A DNA stretch of 64,000 nucleotides, taken from assembly GCA_964573995.1 (NCBI GenBank), contig CAZNLH010000002.1, positions 97,324 through 161,323 of the forward strand, in the 5' to 3' direction. A program made the position numbers and the translations under genes. The stretch's first letter is position 1. Every line of letters starts with the position of its first letter. Positions 1 to 10,761 of the stretch are shown here, piece after piece. This stretch comes from an uncultured Gemmatimonadota bacterium. GTDB taxonomy: Bacteria; Gemmatimonadota; CAZMKB01; CAZNLH01. A model generated the notes under the pieces. That model made no database searches, was not told where the DNA came from, and worked only from the letters and a program-made list of their open reading frames with translations.

Positions 1-1500
1 GCCATCCAGTATCAACGAAACGACCTCGTGCTGGAGCGTCGCGGTTTCCGCGTCCGCGGAGATGTTATAGAGGTCTTTCCATCGTACCTGGAGACGGCAC
101 TCCGCATAGAGTTGTTCGGTGACGAAATCGAAAAGATAACCCACATCAATCCAACGACCGGTGAAGGCCTTGAAGAGGTCTCCTCCTGCAACATCTACCC
201 GGCAACTCACTTCGTGACATCATACTCCCGCATCAGCGAGGCAGTAGTGCAGATCCGTGAAGATCTGAAGGCGAGGTTGGCCGAGTTCCGTGCGATGGGA
301 AAGATGCTTGAGGCCCAGCGGCTCGAGTCCCGCGTGAATTTCGACATCGAAATGATGCTCGAGATGGGCTACTGTTCAGGTATCGAGAATTACGCCCGTT
401 ATCTTTCAGGTCGAAGCCCCGGGGAGCGGCCCGCCTGCCTGATCGACTACTTTCCGGATGATTTTCTGCTGATAATCGACGAGTCCCACGTGACGATTCC
501 GCAGATCAGGGGGATGTACAGGGGGGACCGTTCGAGGAAGGAGACACTCGTGGAGCACGGATTCCGTCTCCCTTCGGCCCTCGATAACCGTCCCCAGCGC
601 TTTGATGAGTTCGAAGGGCTCGTCCGGCAAGTGATTTTCGTCTCGGCCACCCCTGGTCCGTACGAACTGGAGCGTTCGGGGGGGCTTGTGGTGGAACAGA
701 TAATCCGGCCAACCGCGATCCTGGATCCCGAGGTGGAGATCAGGCCAGTGGAGGGACAGATAGACGACCTGATCCACAGGTGCCTGGTGAGGGTGGAGAG
801 GGGGGAGCGTGTCCTGGTCACAACCCTGACCAAGCGGATGGCCGAGGATCTTACCGATTATCTCCTGGACGCGGGGATACGTGCGAGGTATATGCACTCG
901 GATATAGATGCGATCGAGAGGGTTGAGATCCTCAGGGACCTCCGGCTCGGCAGGTTCGATGTCCTCGTCGGGATCAACCTCTTGAGAGAAGGCCTCGATC
1001 TGCCGGAGGTGTCACTTGTAGCCATACTCGACGCCGACAAGGAAGGCTACCTCCGCTCCGATACCGCACTGATTCAGACGATGGGCAGGGCGGCCAGGCA
1101 CGTCCGAGGACAGGTCGTGATGTACGCCGACCGGGTGACCGGTTCGATGCGCAGGGCCATCGATGAGACCGACCGTCGCAGGAAGATCCAGCAAGAGTAT
1201 AACCGCGACCATGGCCTTGTCCCGAAGTCCATAATAAAATCGATCGGGCAAGTGATGGCGACTACGGCGGTGGCAGATTCGAGGGCCTCGGCTGGGATAT
1301 GCGAACGGGGGGCAATTTATGGGGAGGGACTCGATGGGGCGGATCTCTTGAAGGTCCTAAAGGCAGAGATGGAGGAAGCAGCCGGGAGGATGGAATTTGA
1401 AAGGGCTGCCTTGCTCAGGGATCAGTACTTCGAGGTCCTCACGAAGTTGGAGGGGGACCGGCGTGCCTCGAGACCGAAGAGGGGGAATGCCTCTCGATGA
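1..1500 (+). CDS. uvrB: Excinuclease ABC subunit B (5' end outside window)
   Basis: Frame is open from base 1 (AIQYQRND...). UvrB motifs [57 protein letters not shown] and a C-terminal UVR domain ([11 protein letters not shown]). Confidence 0.98.
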   Translation, partial: AIQYQRNDLVLERRGFRVRGDVIEVFPSYLETALRIELFGDEIEKITHINPTTGEGLEEVSSCNIYPATHFVTSYSRISEAVVQIREDLKARLAEFRAMGKMLEAQRLESRVNFDIEMMLEMGYCSGIENYARYLSGRSPGERPACLIDYFPDDFLLIIDESHVTIPQIRGMYRGDRSRKETLVEHGFRLPSALDNRPQRFDEFEGLVRQVIFVSATPGPYELERSGGLVVEQIIRPTAILDPEVEIRPVEGQIDDLIHRCLVRVERGERVLVTTLTKRMAEDLTDYLLDAGIRARYMHSDIDAIERVEILRDLRLGRFDVLVGINLLREGLDLPEVSLVAILDADKEGYLRSDTALIQTMGRAARHVRGQVVMYADRVTGSMRRAIDETDRRRKIQQEYNRDHGLVPKSIIKSIGQVMATTAVADSRASAGICERGAIYGEGLDGADLLKVLKAEMEEAAGRMEFERAALLRDQYFEVLTKLEGDRRASRPKRGNASR

Positions 1501-2003
1501 GCAGCCCGTGCCCTGAGGGGCCTTTCCCCCCGATTTCCATTACAGGTGCAGGGATGGGGGTTGTCAGGAAGATCGGGCGTGTGATAGGCAAGTCCCTTTC
1601 CGCCGGTATGACCGTCGCCCTCCATGGCGATCTTGGAGCGGGAAAGACCTTTTTTATCAAGGCGATCTGCGAAGGACTCGGGGTTGACGAGATGGTTACC
1701 AGTCCTACTTTCGCAATCGTAAATCGGTATCATGGGAGGTTCCATATATACCATATAGACCTTTATCGGTTGCGAAGGCGGGAGGAATTCTTCGATCTTG
1801 GCCTTGATGAGATCATCGGGCTTGATGATAATGTATGCCTCGTGGAGTGGGCGGAGAGGGCGGAGGGATGCATGCCCAGGCCGAGGCTTGACGTTGAGAT
1901 GAAGTGGGCGGGAGAGAAGACAAGGGATATGCGCTTTTCGTTCATTGGTCATGAGGCCTGCAGTGAGGTCTACAAGGCGATTCGGAAAGAGGCCGGGGAA
2001 TAG
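1497..2003 (+). CDS. tsaE: tRNA t6A biosynthesis ATPase TsaE
   Basis: [10 protein letters not shown] Walker [28 protein letters not shown]; ATGA overlap with the uvrB stop. Confidence 0.96.
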   Translation: MSSPCPEGPFPPISITGAGMGVVRKIGRVIGKSLSAGMTVALHGDLGAGKTFFIKAICEGLGVDEMVTSPTFAIVNRYHGRFHIYHIDLYRLRRREEFFDLGLDEIIGLDDNVCLVEWAERAEGCMPRPRLDVEMKWAGEKTRDMRFSFIGHEACSEVYKAIRKEAGE

Positions 2004-2004
2004 G

Positions 2005-2712
2005 ATGGAAGAGCGGATCTTATCGATCGAGTCGACTACTTCATGTTGCTCGGTTGCTGTTTCGTCCTCCAGGCGCATCCTCGAGGAAATCACTTTCAAC
2101 CTGAGGTCCGATGGTGTACGAAGGCTCGCATCCGTCATACGGGACGTGATGAAGGACCTCTCCCTCTCTTTCGGTGATCTATCTGCGATAGGTGTCTCGC
2201 TTGGGCCAGGCTCGTTTACCGGTTCGCGGATCGGTGTCGCGACGGCCAAGACGATTTCAAGGGCCAACGGCCTCCCGCTGTATGGGGCCAGTTCCCTCCT
2301 GTTGCTCGCCTATCCACTATCCATGTTGGCCATGGATATATGTCCCTTGCTCGATGCCGGCAGGGGGGAGATCTACGCCGCCATCTACCGCTTCGAAGGG
2401 GGTGGGTTTGTGGAGAAGAAGGCCCCCATGGCCGTCTCGACCTGCCTGCTGAGAGAACTCTTGCCGGCCGGGGCCCTGCTTGTCGGCGAGGGATCGATTT
2501 CTTTCAGGGAGGCGTTCGGACAGAAGAAGGCCTTTTCTTGGCCCATGGCACCACTGCCGCTCGCCTTCCCGAGGGCGGCCAGTCTGGGAGCAATGATCCA
2601 TGCCGGGATGCTTGAAGGGCCGGTTCGGGAGGTGATGGAACTCGAGCCGCTGTATGTAAGGAGGCCTGAGGCCGAGGTTATGTGGGAGAGAAGGGGGGGG
2701 GCGAGGAAATAG
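2005..2712 (+). CDS. tsaB: tRNA t6A biosynthesis protein TsaB
   Basis: ILSIESTT, GPGSFTGSRIGVATAK, LDAGRGEIY, C-terminal LEPLYVR. Start moved from the ORF-track 1945 to ATG 2005. Confidence 0.95.
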   Translation: MEERILSIESTTSCCSVAVSSSRRILEEITFNLRSDGVRRLASVIRDVMKDLSLSFGDLSAIGVSLGPGSFTGSRIGVATAKTISRANGLPLYGASSLLLLAYPLSMLAMDICPLLDAGRGEIYAAIYRFEGGGFVEKKAPMAVSTCLLRELLPAGALLVGEGSISFREAFGQKKAFSWPMAPLPLAFPRAASLGAMIHAGMLEGPVREVMELEPLYVRRPEAEVMWERRGGARK

Positions 2713-3188
2713 AGGTCGAAGTAATGGAAATGAGGGAGTGCCACATCGACGATGTGGCACGGATCGAGTTCGATTCCTTCTCGACGCCGTGGAGTCCTTC
2801 ATTCTTTCAGAAGGCGATGAGGGACGAGAAGACCCACGCCATCGTCGCACTTGTCGACGGTGATGTGGTGGGGTACGCAGTCTTCTGGGTGATCGGCGAC
2901 TATGCGGAGGTCGGTGACATCGCGGTGCAACGGGACCGTCGCGGCATGGGGATCGGTGACAGGCTGCTGAAGGATGCGACGGCCATTTGCCGGCTCCTGG
3001 GCGTGGCGTCCCTCTTCCTTGAGGTCAGGGAATCGAACACTGCCGCTCGTGGTCTTTACCGCAAGAATGGGTTCATGGAAATTACGCGTCGAAAGGGGTA
3101 CTATTCGAGACCGGTTGAAAACGCCATTGTGCTCGGCCTGGATGTTGCGAACATGGATAGCGCGGGAACCTGTCAGGATAAGGAGTGA
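2682..3188 (+). CDS. rimI: Ribosomal-protein-alanine N-acetyltransferase (GNAT)
   Basis: IEFDSFSTPWS, IAVQRDRRGMGIG acetyl-CoA loop, FLEVRESNTAARGLYRKNGF, RRKGYY; classic position after tsaB. Confidence 0.93.
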   Translation: MGEKGGGEEIEVEVMEMRECHIDDVARIEFDSFSTPWSPSFFQKAMRDEKTHAIVALVDGDVVGYAVFWVIGDYAEVGDIAVQRDRRGMGIGDRLLKDATAICRLLGVASLFLEVRESNTAARGLYRKNGFMEITRRKGYYSRPVENAIVLGLDVANMDSAGTCQDKE

Positions 3189-3227
3189 TAAAAAGAGGTC
3201 CGGAGATACATAGATGATCGCTGGTCG

Positions 3228-3257
3228 TTGACAGGGTCACCTCTAATGAGTTAGAAT
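3228..3257 (+). promoter_or_regulatory. sigma70-type promoter upstream of accD
   Basis: TTGACA (3228-3233), 18-nt spacer, TAGAAT (3252-3257). Confidence 0.65.
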
Positions 3258-3332
3258 CTTACCGTTCGTTTCGATCGTCGTTCGTTCAGGTCGCTCGGAA
3301 GGTTGCCGAGACAGCGAGAGAAGGATGGCATC

Positions 3333-4202
3333 TTGGTCTGGTTCAAGAAGAAAAGGAAAAAACTGATCTCCCAGCCGAAGAGAGACATACCGGACGGGGT
3401 CTGGGTAAAGTGTGATGGCTGTGGGGAGATAATATACAAGAAGGAATTGGCCAGGAACCTTTGGGTCTGTTCCAAGTGCCGCCACCATTTTCCCATATCC
3501 AGCAGGTCCTATTTGGACATCCTGCTGGACGAGGGATCTTTTGAGGAGATGTACGCCGAGATGGAGTCGGCAGATCCACTGGGCTTCAGGGACAGGAAAA
3601 AATACGTCGACAGGCTGAAGGAGAACATCGAGAAGACTGGAAAGAAAGAGGCTGTAGAGATCGGGACCGGCCTGGTGAATGGTTGTCTCGTCTGTATTGC
3701 AGTGATGGATTTCCAGTTCATCGGCGGGAGCATGGGTTCGGTTGTAGGCGAGAAGGTGGCCAGGGCCATCAGGACATCGCTCGAGAGGAAGATACCCCTC
3801 ATCACGGTAAATCGATCGGGTGGAGCGAGGATGATGGAAGGGATTCTATCGTTGATGCAGATGGCCAAGACGAGCGGATACCTGGCCCGTTTATCGGAGG
3901 CCGGCATACCCTATATCTCTGTCATGACACATCCTACAACCGGTGGTGTCACGGCGAGTTTCGCCTCCCTCGGTGATGTGGTGATCGGCGAGCCCAAGGC
4001 CCTGATAGGATTCGCCGGTCAGAGGGTCATAAAGGACACTATAGGCCAGGACCTTCCAGAGGGATTTCAACTCTCGGAGTTTCTCCTCGAACATGGGATG
4101 ATCGACATGATTGTCCAGAGAAACGATCTCAAGGAGACTATATCCCAACTCCTCCGTTTTCTCTCCGCGGATAGCCGGGAGCCCTTTCGGGCCGGTGGCT
4201 GA
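3333..4202 (+). CDS. accD: Acetyl-CoA carboxylase carboxyltransferase beta subunit
   Basis: Zn finger WVKCDGC...CSKC, DFQFIGGSMGSVVGEK, SGGARMMEG, PTTGGVTASFA, IGFAGQRVI. Likely TTG start at 3333 (ORF track 3303). Confidence 0.97.
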   Translation: MVWFKKKRKKLISQPKRDIPDGVWVKCDGCGEIIYKKELARNLWVCSKCRHHFPISSRSYLDILLDEGSFEEMYAEMESADPLGFRDRKKYVDRLKENIEKTGKKEAVEIGTGLVNGCLVCIAVMDFQFIGGSMGSVVGEKVARAIRTSLERKIPLITVNRSGGARMMEGILSLMQMAKTSGYLARLSEAGIPYISVMTHPTTGGVTASFASLGDVVIGEPKALIGFAGQRVIKDTIGQDLPEGFQLSEFLLEHGMIDMIVQRNDLKETISQLLRFLSADSREPFRAGG

Positions 4203-4217
4203 GGGAGGAGCGACGGG

Positions 4218-5501
4218 ATGGGGTATCGTCAGGCGTACCAACTTATCACTTCGCTGAAGAGGTTCGGTGGAGGCAGGGGCCTCGATGCTGTCAGAGAGGC
4301 ACTCGAGTCGATAGGAAATCCACAGCACAACTTTTCATCAATCCACATTGGAGGCACCAATGGGAAGGGATCCGTTTCTTCCATAATCGAGTCGGTGCTA
4401 CTTCGCTCAGGGTACACCGTCGGCCTGTACACCTCTCCTCATATCCTGAAGATCAACGAGAGGATCCGGTTGAACGGCCGGATGGTAGACAACCGGACCT
4501 TTGCCTCGGCCGTCGAGGTCCTGGTCCCGGTTATTCGAAGGAATGACCTGAGTTTTTTCGAGGCCCTGACCCTCGTTGCGTTCAAGATCTTTGGCGATGC
4601 CGGGGTAGATATCGGTGTGATAGAGGTGGGACTGGGAGGCAGGCTCGACGCCACAAACCTGGTGAAATCGATACTCTCAGTGGTGACCACCATCGATTAT
4701 GATCATGTCGCTTGCCTCGGTGATGACCTAAAATCGATCGCCCGTGAGAAACTCGGCATCGCAAGACCTGGCATCCCCCTTGTAACAGGCCTCGAACAGG
4801 TGTGGCTAAGGCCCGTTTTCGAGGATGTGTCCGCCGCTCGCATGGTCCCTCTATATTTTCTCGATGATGATGTCCTTTGCGGGGTCAGTGGGCTTTCGCC
4901 CGAGGGAGTGAGGTTTACTTACAGGTCGCCCGGGTGGTATTGTGACGACCTGTTCGTTCCCCTTGCGGGGGCGCATCAGGCAAGGAACGCGGCACTGGCC
5001 GTTCGGGCCCTTGAACTCCTGGATCATAGGATAGAGGTGGGTGGAGAAGATCTGAAGGATGGCCTCGCGGAAGTCGCCCTCCACGGCAGGTTTGAAATCG
5101 TTAGGAGGGCGCCTCACTTCATCGTGCTGGATGTCTTTCACAATCGGCAGGGTGCCAGGGTGGCGAGCAGGGCCCTCGGCGACCTCTTCAAGGATAGGGA
5201 CTGGTACCTTATTATCGGCGTCGCGGGCGATAAGGATATAGATGGGATAGTTGATGAGATGGCCGCCCACATGAACGGGGTAATAACGGTGCGGCCCTCC
5301 TTTGGTCCCCTCGACCGTGAGGTGGGACCCTCCGATCTCGCCCCTGCCTTTCGTGGCCGGGGCGTTCCGGTCAGCAGGGCGCCGTCGATGCGCCGGGCTT
5401 TATCGAATGCCAGGTCTGTGATGAAAGACGGAGATGTCCTCCTGGTGGGGGGGTCGTTCAGGACGGTTGCCGCTGCCGTGTCATGTCTCAGCCGCCACTG
5501 A
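4218..5501 (+). CDS. folC: Folylpolyglutamate/dihydrofolate synthase
   Basis: IHIGGTNGKGS, YTSPH, EVGLGGRLDATN; canonical accD-folC order. Confidence 0.96.
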   Translation: MGYRQAYQLITSLKRFGGGRGLDAVREALESIGNPQHNFSSIHIGGTNGKGSVSSIIESVLLRSGYTVGLYTSPHILKINERIRLNGRMVDNRTFASAVEVLVPVIRRNDLSFFEALTLVAFKIFGDAGVDIGVIEVGLGGRLDATNLVKSILSVVTTIDYDHVACLGDDLKSIAREKLGIARPGIPLVTGLEQVWLRPVFEDVSAARMVPLYFLDDDVLCGVSGLSPEGVRFTYRSPGWYCDDLFVPLAGAHQARNAALAVRALELLDHRIEVGGEDLKDGLAEVALHGRFEIVRRAPHFIVLDVFHNRQGARVASRALGDLFKDRDWYLIIGVAGDKDIDGIVDEMAAHMNGVITVRPSFGPLDREVGPSDLAPAFRGRGVPVSRAPSMRRALSNARSVMKDGDVLLVGGSFRTVAAAVSCLSRH

Positions 5502-5611
5502 GGCGGTCTTTCGGTGGGTACGCTGCAACCCCTGCGCGGTGTTGCGCTGGATTCAGGTTGTAGGCTGCCTTTCTTGGTCTTCCGTATTCCCATCGAAGAA
5601 CGCTAACGCGG

Positions 5612-6838
5612 CTAATCCTCGGAAAAAACTTTTTTTGCGTATGCCGACTCTCCTGCATCATCGCTATCCGGCAACTTTTTCGATTCTGCGTTGCGCAGGT
5701 CCTCCAGTGGCCTCCACGGTCCGCTGACCGCTTCTGGAAAGACCAGGAATCGCCTGCCAGAAAAGTTCAAGGACAAATCGCACATTGTTGCCCCGAGTTT
5801 GGAGAGCGCGGGAGATATACCCAGGCCGATTAGTCCGTTGGTCAAGAAGAGGTCAATGAGCCCCACCGCGCTGATCACCATAAGAAAAATCAGAAATTCA
5901 GAGAGGGTGTTCCATCTGGCCTTGTGTCTGAACAATGACAGTATACAAATGAGATAATTGAAGAAAGCGGCCAGATAGAAAGCCGTCAGGGCGGAGATCG
6001 ATACGCCCCAACCCAAGTTTAGTAAGATCAGAAAGGCAGTTAGGTTCAAGATAGCGGCCAGACCTCCGATGAAGAGGTATATCATGAATTGGATGGGCCA
6101 GGGGGCATGATGTGCGTTGTAGCGGATAATGCAATAGAAGGCCCATATCCCATCCTTGGCTCCGATCTTTTTCCCTTCTTCATAGGTTCTTCCGCGGTAG
6201 GTGATTCCATCCTCGAATATGCGTAATCTCCGGTGGGCTACTTTTGCTACTATTTCGGGTTCGAATCCGAATCGATCCTCTTGAATCTGAATGGATTGGA
6301 TGACCTCTCGGCGAAAGACCTTGTAACAGGTCTCCATATCCGTAAGATTGAGGTCACTTAGCAGGTTGGAGAGAAGCGTCAGGATACGGTTGCCCAGATA
6401 ATGCCAGAAATAGAGAACGCGATGAGGGCCAGTACCCAGAAACCTGGATCCGAGGACCACGTCCGCCTCACCCTTGATCAGGGGGATCAAGAGCCTTTTC
6501 AGGTCCTGGGGATCATATTCCAGGTCTGCATCCTGCACTGCGACGTAATCACCTGTTGCTTCCCCGAAGCCGGTGCGAAGGGCGGCCCCCTTGCCTCTGT
6601 TGAATTCATGCTGTCTGAAGACGACCTCCGGGTAAGCCTCGTCCAGCATTCGGCCAATCGCCGGGCTCTGATCATCGGAGCCATCATCTACAATAATGAT
6701 CTCCAGTTCCAGGTGCTTGTCGGCCAGTTTGCGAACTTGATCCACGCAACGTTCTAACGTCCGCTCCTCGTTAAAACAAGGGATCACGATACTAAGTTTG
6801 AAGTGTTTTCGGCCTCCTTCTTTCTCCTGCACTTTCAT
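5612..6838 (-). CDS. GT2 polyprenol-phosphate glycosyltransferase fused to a GtrA-like flippase domain
   Basis: N-terminus [53 protein letters not shown] (DPM1/GtrB-like). C-terminus has four hydrophobic helices with LFRHK and [11 protein letters not shown] (GtrA-like). Confidence 0.85.
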   Translation of the reverse strand: MKVQEKEGGRKHFKLSIVIPCFNEERTLERCVDQVRKLADKHLELEIIIVDDGSDDQSPAIGRMLDEAYPEVVFRQHEFNRGKGAALRTGFGEATGDYVAVQDADLEYDPQDLKRLLIPLIKGEADVVLGSRFLGTGPHRVLYFWHYLGNRILTLLSNLLSDLNLTDMETCYKVFRREVIQSIQIQEDRFGFEPEIVAKVAHRRLRIFEDGITYRGRTYEEGKKIGAKDGIWAFYCIIRYNAHHAPWPIQFMIYLFIGGLAAILNLTAFLILLNLGWGVSISALTAFYLAAFFNYLICILSLFRHKARWNTLSEFLIFLMVISAVGLIDLFLTNGLIGLGISPALSKLGATMCDLSLNFSGRRFLVFPEAVSGPWRPLEDLRNAESKKLPDSDDAGESAYAKKVFSED

Positions 6839-6936
6839 CTCATTCTCCCCTGTTAGCCGATCTTCAAATTTGAAGAATTGGATCTATCGGCGGAGTCTCA
6901 TGCAAGTCTCAGACAGGATTGCTGAGTGATGCCTGG

Positions 6937-8334
6937 TCACCATCGCAAACTGCCTGAAACCTTGGAACGTGCGGTCCCCTTGGAAGTTAGAAGAGATGGT
7001 AGTGGCCGTATCCTGCGGTACGTCCAATACCAACCTGCTCCTGACAGAACAGCGAGCAAAGGCACGATAGGGACACGGAAACGTGCATATGCCTCAGGTC
7101 CGGCGGAGATCAACAGGAAATAGCCGAGAACGCTCAACAGGATCAATAATTTCTTACGGGCCCTTTGAACCCACATCATGATAATCCCCAGAACTACCCC
7201 CGCATAAAGTATACCTATGGAGAAGAGAGCCGCCGGGAGTCGGAAGATGAACGAGGGTTTGTCGTGGCCCCGCACCGAGATGCCGGCCAGCGTGAGAGTT
7301 TGTATCCAGCCGGTATCCCTGACCATCACCCAGGCGCCTTTTATCCATACCTTAATGGCGCACCACGGATGCTCACGCAGCACACGCATGGCCAGATCAA
7401 TTTGTTCTTTACGTAGCCGGGCGTAATCTGCCGGTGTTGATAACTCAGTATCTGGCAACTGCTCACGCAGCCGTTGACGTTCATACTCAATGGGAAGATT
7501 GTCTACCTCTGCCATGGTTCCCGCGGCCCTGTAATACAACAGGTTCACGCCGTCAATAGTCGATAGTAAAAATGACCCGGTACGAACTTGGTTATATGCC
7601 ATCCAGCTGCCCGCTGGTACAGCGAAAGCAATCAACAGGGCGGCTGCCTTCCATACCCTTTTACTCCGGTCTGAAAACCCTGTGATGAGAGTGATCGGCA
7701 ATAGTAAAAGAGGGAAGTAGAGAAGAATAGGGCGGGTGAGTGTGGCAAACCCAAAGAGCAGACCTGATAAGGCGTGGAAAATTAATTTCCTGTGTGCCAG
7801 TCCATACCACCAGATGACGAAAGCGGCCGTGAAGAGAAATGCGAAGAGATTTTCCGTGAGTACCATCAGTGAGTAACCAATGGAGACCGGATCGAGGGCA
7901 GCTACAAGCGCTGCCATTAGGGCTGCTTCGGGAGCGAAGAGATTGAGAGCGAGGAGGAAAACGAGAAGAACAACGATCACACCAAGGAAGACCTGTGCCA
8001 GGAGTGCTCCGCGATAGTCGCTATTGGAGATGGTTTCACATAGGGCGAGAAAGGCTGGATAGATCGGGGTACGCACCAGGCTGAGGTGGATCATAGGGAT
8101 GTCTTTTTCGCTTGGACCGTATGCATCCCTTAGATTGTGGGCAAGCGTGATGTAGCCTGGAGAATCCTTGTCCATGAAGGAGATGTCCGGTCGCTTTAGG
8201 GCCATGACAAAGAAGAACAAACGCAAGAAAAAGGCCAGGGCAAGGATAAGAGCCAAGACCTTGAGATGATTAACACTTGTGTGTAACACACAACCACCAC
8301 TCGTATCTCCTGTTGCTAAAAAACAGGTTCTCAT
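6937..8334 (-). CDS. ArnT/PMT-like (GT-C fold, GT39/83-type) membrane glycosyltransferase
   Basis: Polytopic; DSPGYITLAHN, RTPIYPAFLA, LTENLFAFL, ATLTRP, RFRVPIVPLL. Confidence 0.75.
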   Translation of the reverse strand: MRTCFLATGDTSGGCVLHTSVNHLKVLALILALAFFLRLFFFVMALKRPDISFMDKDSPGYITLAHNLRDAYGPSEKDIPMIHLSLVRTPIYPAFLALCETISNSDYRGALLAQVFLGVIVVLLVFLLALNLFAPEAALMAALVAALDPVSIGYSLMVLTENLFAFLFTAAFVIWWYGLAHRKLIFHALSGLLFGFATLTRPILLYFPLLLLPITLITGFSDRSKRVWKAAALLIAFAVPAGSWMAYNQVRTGSFLLSTIDGVNLLYYRAAGTMAEVDNLPIEYERQRLREQLPDTELSTPADYARLRKEQIDLAMRVLREHPWCAIKVWIKGAWVMVRDTGWIQTLTLAGISVRGHDKPSFIFRLPAALFSIGILYAGVVLGIIMMWVQRARKKLLILLSVLGYFLLISAGPEAYARFRVPIVPLLAVLSGAGWYWTYRRIRPLPSLLTSKGTARSKVSGSLRW

Positions 8335-8891
8335 TCGCTTATCAGCCTGACTGCCGATTGATCCCCCAAGAGTATATGTTCCCCTGCACCTTTTTCCTTC
8401 GTGCCCGAAGGCCTCATGAATATTAATAAGTAAAGATGGGGTAGAAGAGAATACTATAATTACAAACTAATTAGGACTCTTACAATCTCGAAATTTAATA
8501 ATACTGGCTGATCCGGGAGAAGTCAAGCGGGAACGGACACGGAACAGCGCGGTCAACCTGAGAAGATGAAGCATGCGCCCATACAGAGTGGAACAAAGAG
8601 TGGAGCAGGTGTTGGTCGAATTCGATCTCTGTTCCTCTTTTCGCGTCGGTACCGGTCGAACACCTTGAGTTGCAGTGTCTTCCTGAAGAAGTTGTGAATC
8701 TTTCCGGCCTCAAACAAGGACAAGAGGGTACGGGATCACAGGCAGGGACTGATCGAGCGGTTCATCGAGAAGTGCAGTGTCTACAACATCGCCGGGTATG
8801 ATGTGTATGGCACTATGGAGTCGGCGATTCAGCGAAAGAAGAATAGATCCAGGAAGTGTCACGTTCGCTGCCGGCGGAGATCCGGTCTCAC

Positions 8892-9965
8892 TCAGCCGCC
8901 GGATCGGATCCTCGATCCGGTCTCCTTGTCGAAGAGGTGGACCGCCTCCGGCCTGACTTGGAAGAATGCCTTCTTCCCCGGGGAGATCGCCTCGCCCGGC
9001 ATGGCCCGTCCCTTGATCGGCATGTCCCGCCACTGCGCGTCGACCCAGAGCTCCCTTCCCGTCGGTTCGAGGAGGCCCACCTCGCAGGTCAGCGTGTCAC
9101 GCCGCTCCCAGCCGTATACGGCAAGGTCCGCGGGGCGGATCCCGATGAGGACGGAGTCCCGGTCGAGGCCATGGAGGACGGAATCGAACGGGGAACTCTC
9201 TCCGAGCCGGGCCCCGTCGACCAGGTTCATCGGCGGCGTCCCGATGAAGAGGGCGACGAAGAGACTGGCGGGGTCCGAGTAGACCTCCATCGACCGGCCG
9301 CACTGCTGGATGCTCCCGTGGTGGAGGACCGCGATCCGGTCGGAGAGCGCCAGGGCCTCCTCCTGGTCATGGGTGACGTAGACGGTCGTCGTGCCATACT
9401 CCCGGTGGAGTCTCTTGATCTCCGCCCGCATCTCGATCCGAAGCGCGGCGTCGAGGCTCGATAGGGGCTCGTCCATCAGGAAGACACGCGGCCTGCGCAC
9501 GATCGCCCGGCCGAGCGCGACACGTTGTCTCTGGCCGCCGGAAAGGGCGGCGGGCCTCCTGCCGAGGAGGTCCTCCAGGCCGAGCATTCCCGCCGCATTT
9601 CGGACCTCCCGATCGATTGCCTCGGGCGGCTCCTTGCGGATCCTCAGGGGGAAGGCGATGTTGTCATAGACGCTCATGTGGGGATAGAGGGCGTAACTCT
9701 GGAACACCATGGCCACGTCCCGCTCGCCCGGGGTGATGTCGTTGACTGTCTCGCCGTCGAAGGTGATCGTTCCATGGTCGATCTCCTCGAGGCCGGCGAT
9801 CAGGTTGAGAATCGTCGACTTTCCGCTGCCGCTCGGACCGACGAAGGTGAAGAACTCGCCGTCCGATATCGTCAGGTCGATACACCGAACCACCTTCGTG
9901 TCCCCGAAAGACTTCTCCAACCCCTTCAACCGGATCTCGGACATCTCGCTATCTCCTGACGGCAC
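8892..9965 (-). CDS. Carbohydrate ABC transporter ATPase (MalK/MsmK family)
   Basis: GPSGSGKST, VFQSYALYPHM, LSGGQRQRVALGR, DEPLSSLDA, YVTHDQEEAL; C-terminal TOBE-like region. Confidence 0.95.
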   Translation of the reverse strand: MPSGDSEMSEIRLKGLEKSFGDTKVVRCIDLTISDGEFFTFVGPSGSGKSTILNLIAGLEEIDHGTITFDGETVNDITPGERDVAMVFQSYALYPHMSVYDNIAFPLRIRKEPPEAIDREVRNAAGMLGLEDLLGRRPAALSGGQRQRVALGRAIVRRPRVFLMDEPLSSLDAALRIEMRAEIKRLHREYGTTTVYVTHDQEEALALSDRIAVLHHGSIQQCGRSMEVYSDPASLFVALFIGTPPMNLVDGARLGESSPFDSVLHGLDRDSVLIGIRPADLAVYGWERRDTLTCEVGLLEPTGRELWVDAQWRDMPIKGRAMPGEAISPGKKAFFQVRPEAVHLFDKETGSRIRSGG

Positions 9966-10761
9966 CCGCGGTCAACCCCTCGACGATCCGCCGCTGGAAG
10001 GCGAAGGCAAGGAAGACCAGCGGGATCGTCACGACCACCGAGGCCGCCGCGATTTCGCCCCATGGGACCTCGTGGATCCCCGGGAAGAGGGCGATTCCGA
10101 CCGGGATGGTCCGGGAGGCGGTGGTCGCCGTAAAGGTCAGGGCGAACAGGAACTCGTTCCAGGAGAATATAAACACCAGGATCGCAGCGGCAAAGAGACC
10201 CGGCGTGGCGAGGGGAAGGATGATCCGGGTGAGCGACTGGAGCGGCGAGCAGCCGTCCAGGCGGGAGGCGAGGTAGATCTCCCGTGGAATCTCCCGGAAG
10301 AAGTGGGTCAGCACCCAGATCGCCAGGGGGAGGGAGAAGGAGGTATACGTCAGGATCAGGGCGTAGAGCGTGTCCCTCAGGTGAAGAGATCGGATGATCA
10401 GGTAGAGGGGACTGACGGTGGTGATCGGCGGAAACATCGACGCGGAGAGGATGAGGCCCAGGATCAGCCCGCTTTTCGGGATGCCAAGGTTCGCCAGCGC
10501 GAAGGCCGCGAAGGATCCGAGGAGGAGCGAGAGGAGGGTTGTCGCGGCGGCCACCGCGAGGCTGTTCGTGATCAGCCTCAGGAAGGGACGGTCCTGGAAG
10601 ATGGCGATGTAGTGGGCGACTGTCGGGTGCCCGGGGAGTAGGGGGGGGAGGGAAGAGAGTTCCGCGTCGGGCTTGAGGGACGTGATGACCTGCCAGGCCA
10701 GGGGCCACAGGAAGAAGAGGCCCACGAGGAGGGTCAGGAGAGAGAGGGACCACCGTCTCAT
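9949..10761 (-). CDS. Carbohydrate ABC permease (MalG-like)
   Basis: Six TM segments; EAA-loop variant EIYLASRLDGCS, FSWNEFLFAL. Confidence 0.93.
   Translation of the reverse strand: MRRWSLSLLTLLVGLFFLWPLAWQVITSLKPDAELSSLPPLLPGHPTVAHYIAIFQDRPFLRLITNSLAVAAATTLLSLLLGSFAAFALANLGIPKSGLILGLILSASMFPPITTVSPLYLIIRSLHLRDTLYALILTYTSFSLPLAIWVLTHFFREIPREIYLASRLDGCSPLQSLTRIILPLATPGLFAAAILVFIFSWNEFLFALTFTATTASRTIPVGIALFPGIHEVPWGEIAAASVVVTIPLVFLAFAFQRRIVEGLTAGAVRR

Noticed and set aside
6258-6268. GGTTCGAATCC, a tRNA T-loop-like motif
   Set aside because: It lies inside the GT2-GtrA coding sequence (RFGFEPE on the minus strand) with no cloverleaf around it.
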